Shown here: one piece after another, positions 53,632-64,000 of the stretch | Layout: each line of letters begins with the position of its first letter | Numbering within the stretch: position 1 is the first letter of the stretch | Source of the DNA: Camelus ferus | Taxonomy: Eukaryota | Length of the DNA: 64,000 nt | Reading direction: 5' to 3' | Assembly (NCBI RefSeq): GCF_009834535.1 | Contig: NC_045705.1 | Coordinates: 66,030,001 to 66,094,000 of the forward strand | Made by a program: the position numbers and the translations under genes | The notes under the pieces: model-generated | The model's input: only the letters and a program-made list of their open reading frames with translations | Database searches by the model: none | Told to the model about the DNA's origin: nothing

Positions 53632-54504
53632 ACAGAAAGCGTTGGGGTAGGAGGGGCGAGGAAACAGGCAGAGGCGGAGGCGCTAGAATAGCCCCTCCTC
53701 CCAGCGGAGGGGGACTCAACAGGCTTCTCTGTCTCCACCCCACCCCACCCGAACCCGGGGTGGGTTTGCTGGAGGGCGTCCAGAGTCCAGGCCTCCGGCG
53801 GGTACCCCCTGCCCTAGCAGCCTCCACCTTCAGATCCTCCTGGTTTTTCTCTGCCCTTTTGGGGACCTCCTTACTTTGACCTGTATCCTAAATTTAGGGG
53901 CTTCACAAGGCTCTATCCTAAATCTTTTCTCAGCAAAAAAGGTGTCTCACTCGTCTTCAAGGTCCCTCGCTGGGAGGCCCTCAGTCCATTCTGTGGATGA
54001 GCCGCTCTCCTGAGCATGGGGCAACTGCTCTCATAGTTTTAACACTTCCTCCCCCAAACTAACAAATGACCTCTCTAATTCTGCAGCTTAGACCTCTGCC
54101 TGGAAGTCCTCATTCAGAGGACTATCAGTCTGTGACTCTCTCCACCCGTCCCCCACAGGCTGCTCAAAAGCCAGACAGACCTGTTGGTCTCCCCAGTCTG
54201 TTTCGTTCCTGCATTCTTATCTCAGTAACAGCCCCAACATCCACCCTGTTCTCATACCAGAAACCTGGGCTTTCTCCCAGACACCTCTCTCCCCACATTC
54301 AGTTCTACTGATTTGCCTCCTGAATTTTTCTAGTGTCTGTTTTGTCCTCTCCACCCCTACTGGCACTGTCCCAGCCCAGTCCTTCTGCATAGCTCTCCTT
54401 GCCCATTGACACAGTGTTCTTAATAATCTCTCTGCCTACACCCCCTCCCTATGGTCCATCCCACACAGAGCAGCCCAAACAACTTTTTTAATGCATATTT
54501 TAAA

Positions 54505-54625
54505 TTAAAAAATTTTTTGTTTCTTTAAAAAAAAATTTTTCCCCTTTGCAGAGGCATTGGAGATTGTGGATCTTGTGCACACCAAGTACCGGCTCTACCA
54601 CTAAGCTATACACCCCCACCCCCCA
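54505..54625 (-). mobile_element. tRNA-derived SINE (older, diverged copy)
   Basis: Reverse complement reads GGGGGTGTATAGCTTAGTGGTAGAGCCGGTAC... plus A tail. 15-bp TSD AATGCATATTTTAAA at 54490-54504 and 54626-54640. Confidence 0.8.
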
Positions 54626-55711
54626 AATGCATATTTTAAAATGTTACTCCCCTGCTTAAATCCTTACTGGCCTGTGTAAATGCTCCAGCCTGGTTTTGAA
54701 AGCCCTTTAGAATCTGGCTTCTGACTACCTTTGTTGCCTCCCTCCCTCTGTTACCGCTTTCTCTATGCACCTGCTTTCAAAGCAAAATCAAGATACTCTC
54801 ACTCTTCAGAAAGCAGCTAGGCCCTTTCAGATCCCAGCGACTTTCATCATGCTCTTTCCTCTTCCTGAAATAGCTCTCTCATTACTTGCCAAAGTTTTAT
54901 ACATTTTTCAGGGCCCCTCAGATATCACCTCTTTGGGGAAACTTTTCACGGGCGGGGGGCGGTCCGTCAGAATGAGTTCTTCCTCCATTTGCTTCCTGTT
55001 TAACACTGCTTGTTTCCTCTGCCTTGTTTACGACTTCTCTGAGGAAAGTGCAAGGATCTTGATCAGAGTTTATTTCTGCATGGGCCTTACACACAATAAA
55101 GGTTTACTTAACAAACGAATCCCTTGTATGCCCCTCCCACCGGGCAGCAAACGCTCCGTGAGAGGGAGGGTACGCTAACGGTGAGCCAGTGTGTTGGGAC
55201 TTAGGGTACCGAGGACTGGGGGAGATGCTCAGTTATCGGAGATTCTCGAGTTCGAGCTGAGCTAGGAAGGAAGAAAAGGCGATCCGGCTGAGTTCCGTCG
55301 GTAGGGTGGGCAGGAGAGTCGGGGGCCGACACCCGAGTCTTGGCTCCCAGAAGGAGTCGAGAGGTCTATCCTCGAGCTTGAGGAGGTTTGGGGTTGACTG
55401 GCACGTTGGTCGGTGATGCCGGTACCAGACTCCGCTGTCCAGAATGCGCAAGGAACAGTCTCTCTCTGGGTGCTCAGGCCACGCCCCTTTCCTAGGAGGC
55501 TTGCCAGGATTGGCTGTCCTTCCTTAACGTCATGCGGCCCCGCCCCGGCGCGCGCACCGCCGCGTGCCCACCCCCGCGCGGAGCTAGCCTACGCTAGCTC
55601 CACCACAGACTGTCCGCCGACCGGGTTCCCGAGCCCAAGCGACGCGGAGCTCGTCGTGGGGCTCCTGGGCCGCGGCAGCGGGCAGGCGATGCTCCAGAGG
55701 CCTGAGCAGCC

Positions 55712-56311
<600 letters not shown>

Positions 56312-57813
56312 GGGCACAGCTTCGCGCCGACGTCCGCTCAGATTGCTTCCCAAGCGCCGAGACTGCGGCGAACCTCGGGATCTGGACGCCGCCCCGTTTG
56401 TGCACGAGGGTCCGCTGGCATGGACTTAGAAACCCTAAAACTGAGGAGGGCCCCTGGCTCTCGCTGGCGGGGCAGCAGGGGGATTGGAGGCTGGAGCGGA
56501 GGGACTTGCTGGGGGCTGGGTGGGGGCTAATAAACTGAGACGGAAGCAGAGCCCGTGGCCCGGGCAGCGTCTGTTTGGGACTTGCCGGCGTTGAGACGGG
56601 GGTGGGGACGTTGAGACAGAGTATCATTCCCATAAGGAGGGACTGCAGAACTAAGATGGATGACCCCCATTACTTCAATCCTGGGGCGGGATATGGGACC
56701 ATTGTTAGCCCCTGGGCCCCCCTATCTGGCTGGCCCCAGGACAGGCCGTGATCCGGCCCCAGAAGTGGCTCCAGCTCCCTTCCCGGCTCCTTCCTGTCCA
56801 AGACAATGGGGCAGGAAGCAGGTGTTGGGGGCCTAAAACCCACTCAGCTGCCTCCCTTGAGGCTAGAAGGGGCCATAACAGCGCCCTCTGTGGCACACGC
56901 GGGAGCACTGTGGGCCCCCACCAGGAGGAGGATGATAATCCTCTTGATTTGGCACCCCAAGGCACTTCTCTTCCTCCTCTCAATCCTGGAGATGAGGCGG
57001 AACAGATGTAGCCTCATTTGTCAGATGAGAAAGTCGAGGTCCAGAAATATCAGATAAATTGTCCAAGGTTGCATAGTGAGTTGGTGGAGCTGAGACGGCT
57101 TCTGGCTCCAAATGTTCTCCCTTTATCCTCTCGGTCCAATGAAAGCAAGCCAGAACTTCAAGCCTTTTATTCCATTTTGGCAGGTTTGTATAAAAATACG
57201 ATCTTTAGGAAAATAAATAGCTGCCTTCGCTGTGGAGGCTTGGATTCCTTGGAGCTAAAGTCTTCTCAGAGCTGGGGGCTGCAAGTCAGCTCATCACAGA
57301 AGCCGCTGGCACTCTCCTGAGCTGTTTCATTTAAGAGGGGCTGGCAGAGTGTCCTGGTTCAATAACCTGGTGCCGCTGGCAGTGGGGCTGGGTGAGTTAG
57401 TGTTCTAGGCTGGTAGAGTGTCACCTTCTATCAGGGATAGGGTTGGGTGGATCACAGGAAGAGGATGATGAAGACTATAGGGATGGTCTGCAGGGAGTTA
57501 GGGCTCCAAAGGACTTCTGGGGAATCTATAAAGTCCCTTGGGAGCTGCCAGGAGTTTTCTTGCACAAATGGGAAATATTTTGTCTCTGTTCTAGTGCAAA
57601 TTGTGCTAGAGAGTCCGGCTCTAGAGAAACAGTGGGCAGCTTTGTTGGCCCCCAAGCTAGCTCTACCAGGAAGCAAAATAAGCTCAGTCTCATCTGGAAG
57701 GAAGAAGAAGAAGCTGCTGGGGTTGAACATGGGATATGATCCAGACCAGCTGGACCAATGGGTGGGGAGATGTTGGTTAGGGTGGCACCTGCAGGGAGGG
57801 GGGCTGGAGTGCT

Positions 57814-62815
<5,002 letters not shown>

Positions 62816-62862
62816 GCCCTGGGCTGGCTGCTCTGTGGGGTCCGCGTCGGCGGCTTCGGTTC

Positions 62863-63145
62863 TGACTCACTCGCTCCTCGCGGATTCTTTTCTTTTTATG
62901 AATGAAAAGTCCGCGGGCTGAACCACTTCCACGGAGGAGGGGGGCGCGTTTCTCAGCGGCGCTGGTCACCTCGGGGCTCCACCTCTCCAGACGCGCTGCC
63001 TTTTGCTAGAACGCCCCGAACTTTTCGTTGCCTCCTATAGTCCCGTAGCCGCCTTTTGGTGGGGAAAAGGGGCGGACTTGGCGTCCCCCGGCGACAGATC
63101 CGCCCCCTCTGACGTAGCTGCCCATACATGGTGCAATTTCCTCGC
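62863..63145 (-). promoter_or_regulatory. FOSL1 proximal promoter (TRE, TATA-like, ATF/CRE, CArG-like)
   Basis: TGACTCA at 62863-62869; TATA-like CATAAAA on the minus strand at ~62894-62900; TGACGTA at 63110-63116; CCATACATGG at 63122-63131; TTTCCT (Ets) adjacent. Confidence 0.75.
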
Positions 63146-63594
63146 CGCACCCAGGTGGAGCGAAGGATTCCCCGGCGGCTTTACGCACCTGTGAGCCGCC
63201 GGGCGCCCCGCCCCGCCCCGCCCCGTCGGGCTCAGTCCCGGAGCTCTGACTGATACCCGGCCGCCCGCGCTCGGGAGCCCACTCACTGCCTGGTCTGGCC
63301 TCAGTGTTTGCATCCATAAAATGGGACGAAATAATCACATAGTGACCTTGCCACACGTGGGAGGCTGGAATGAAGAATGTGAAAGGGATCTGGAAACTGT
63401 AAAGTGGATTATAAATGTGACTGATGATAATATATTGTTATCAAATGGGTACTTATTTCATGCCGGGACCCATGCTACTGCCATCCAAGTCGCCGTGTAA
63501 GGCCCTTCCTCAGGCATTGTTGTAAGGTTCAGGTATACTAAAAAGTGAATAAATGACAAACCAGGGTTACAAAAACAGTGTGTATATATATATA

Positions 63595-63790
63595 TTTTAA
63601 TTTTTAGAATGTTTTTATTGAAGTATAGTCAGTTTACAATATTGCGTCAATTTCTGGTGTACAGCACAATACTTTAGTCTTATAGGAACATATATTCGTT
63701 TTCATATTCTTTTTCATCATAAGTTACTATAAGATATTGAATATAGTTCCCTGTGCTATACAGTATAAACTTGTTGTTTATCTATTTTTG
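63595..63790 (-). mobile_element. L1 3' end in reverse orientation
   Basis: TTTTTATTGAAGTATAGTCAGTTTACAATATTGCGTCAATTTCTGGTGTACAGC...GATATTGAATATAGTTCCCTGTGCTATACAGTA, the typical reverse-complement L1 3' terminus of laurasiatherians. Confidence 0.8.
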
Positions 63791-64000
63791 AATATTTTAG
63801 TGTAAAGTTTAAATGCTTACGATGACAAGTTAATGCTTTGAACTATCTGCACATACAATGCAGTATAGTTGCACTACTCATGGGATAATTTTAGGAGCTA
63901 TGATAAGTTTCAATTCAGAACCCCTATAAGCAGTGAGAGCCTGGACTGGGACACAGTTGTCCCATGGTCTGATAAATGCCATCTTCTTTAAAGACTATAG

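Noticed and set aside
63800-64000. Possible DNA-transposon fragment at the window end
   Set aside because: I could not identify a terminal inverted repeat or family signature.

Overview
Mammalian genomic DNA syntenic to human 11q13.1. tRNA-derived SINEs resemble the camelid family, so the source is probably camel, alpaca or llama (inference). I reconstructed eight known genes exon by exon from splice signals and translation, alternating strictly in strand: SNX32(+), CFL1(-), MUS81(+), EFEMP2(-), CTSW(+), FIBP(-), CCDC85B(+), FOSL1(-). All reading frames close at the expected lengths; part of EFEMP2 and part of CCDC85B fall in N gaps. The first ~18 kb is rich in old repeats (L1M, MLT1 LTR, MIR, L2, SINEs). 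It also holds the least explained feature: an intronless ~400-aa minus-strand ORF (11508-12710) head-to-head with SNX32. That ORF has about 21 copies of a 7-aa SSGEKLR repeat and an acidic tail, followed by ~640 bp of apparently decayed coding sequence. Comparisons with human proteins are from memory, not from a database search.
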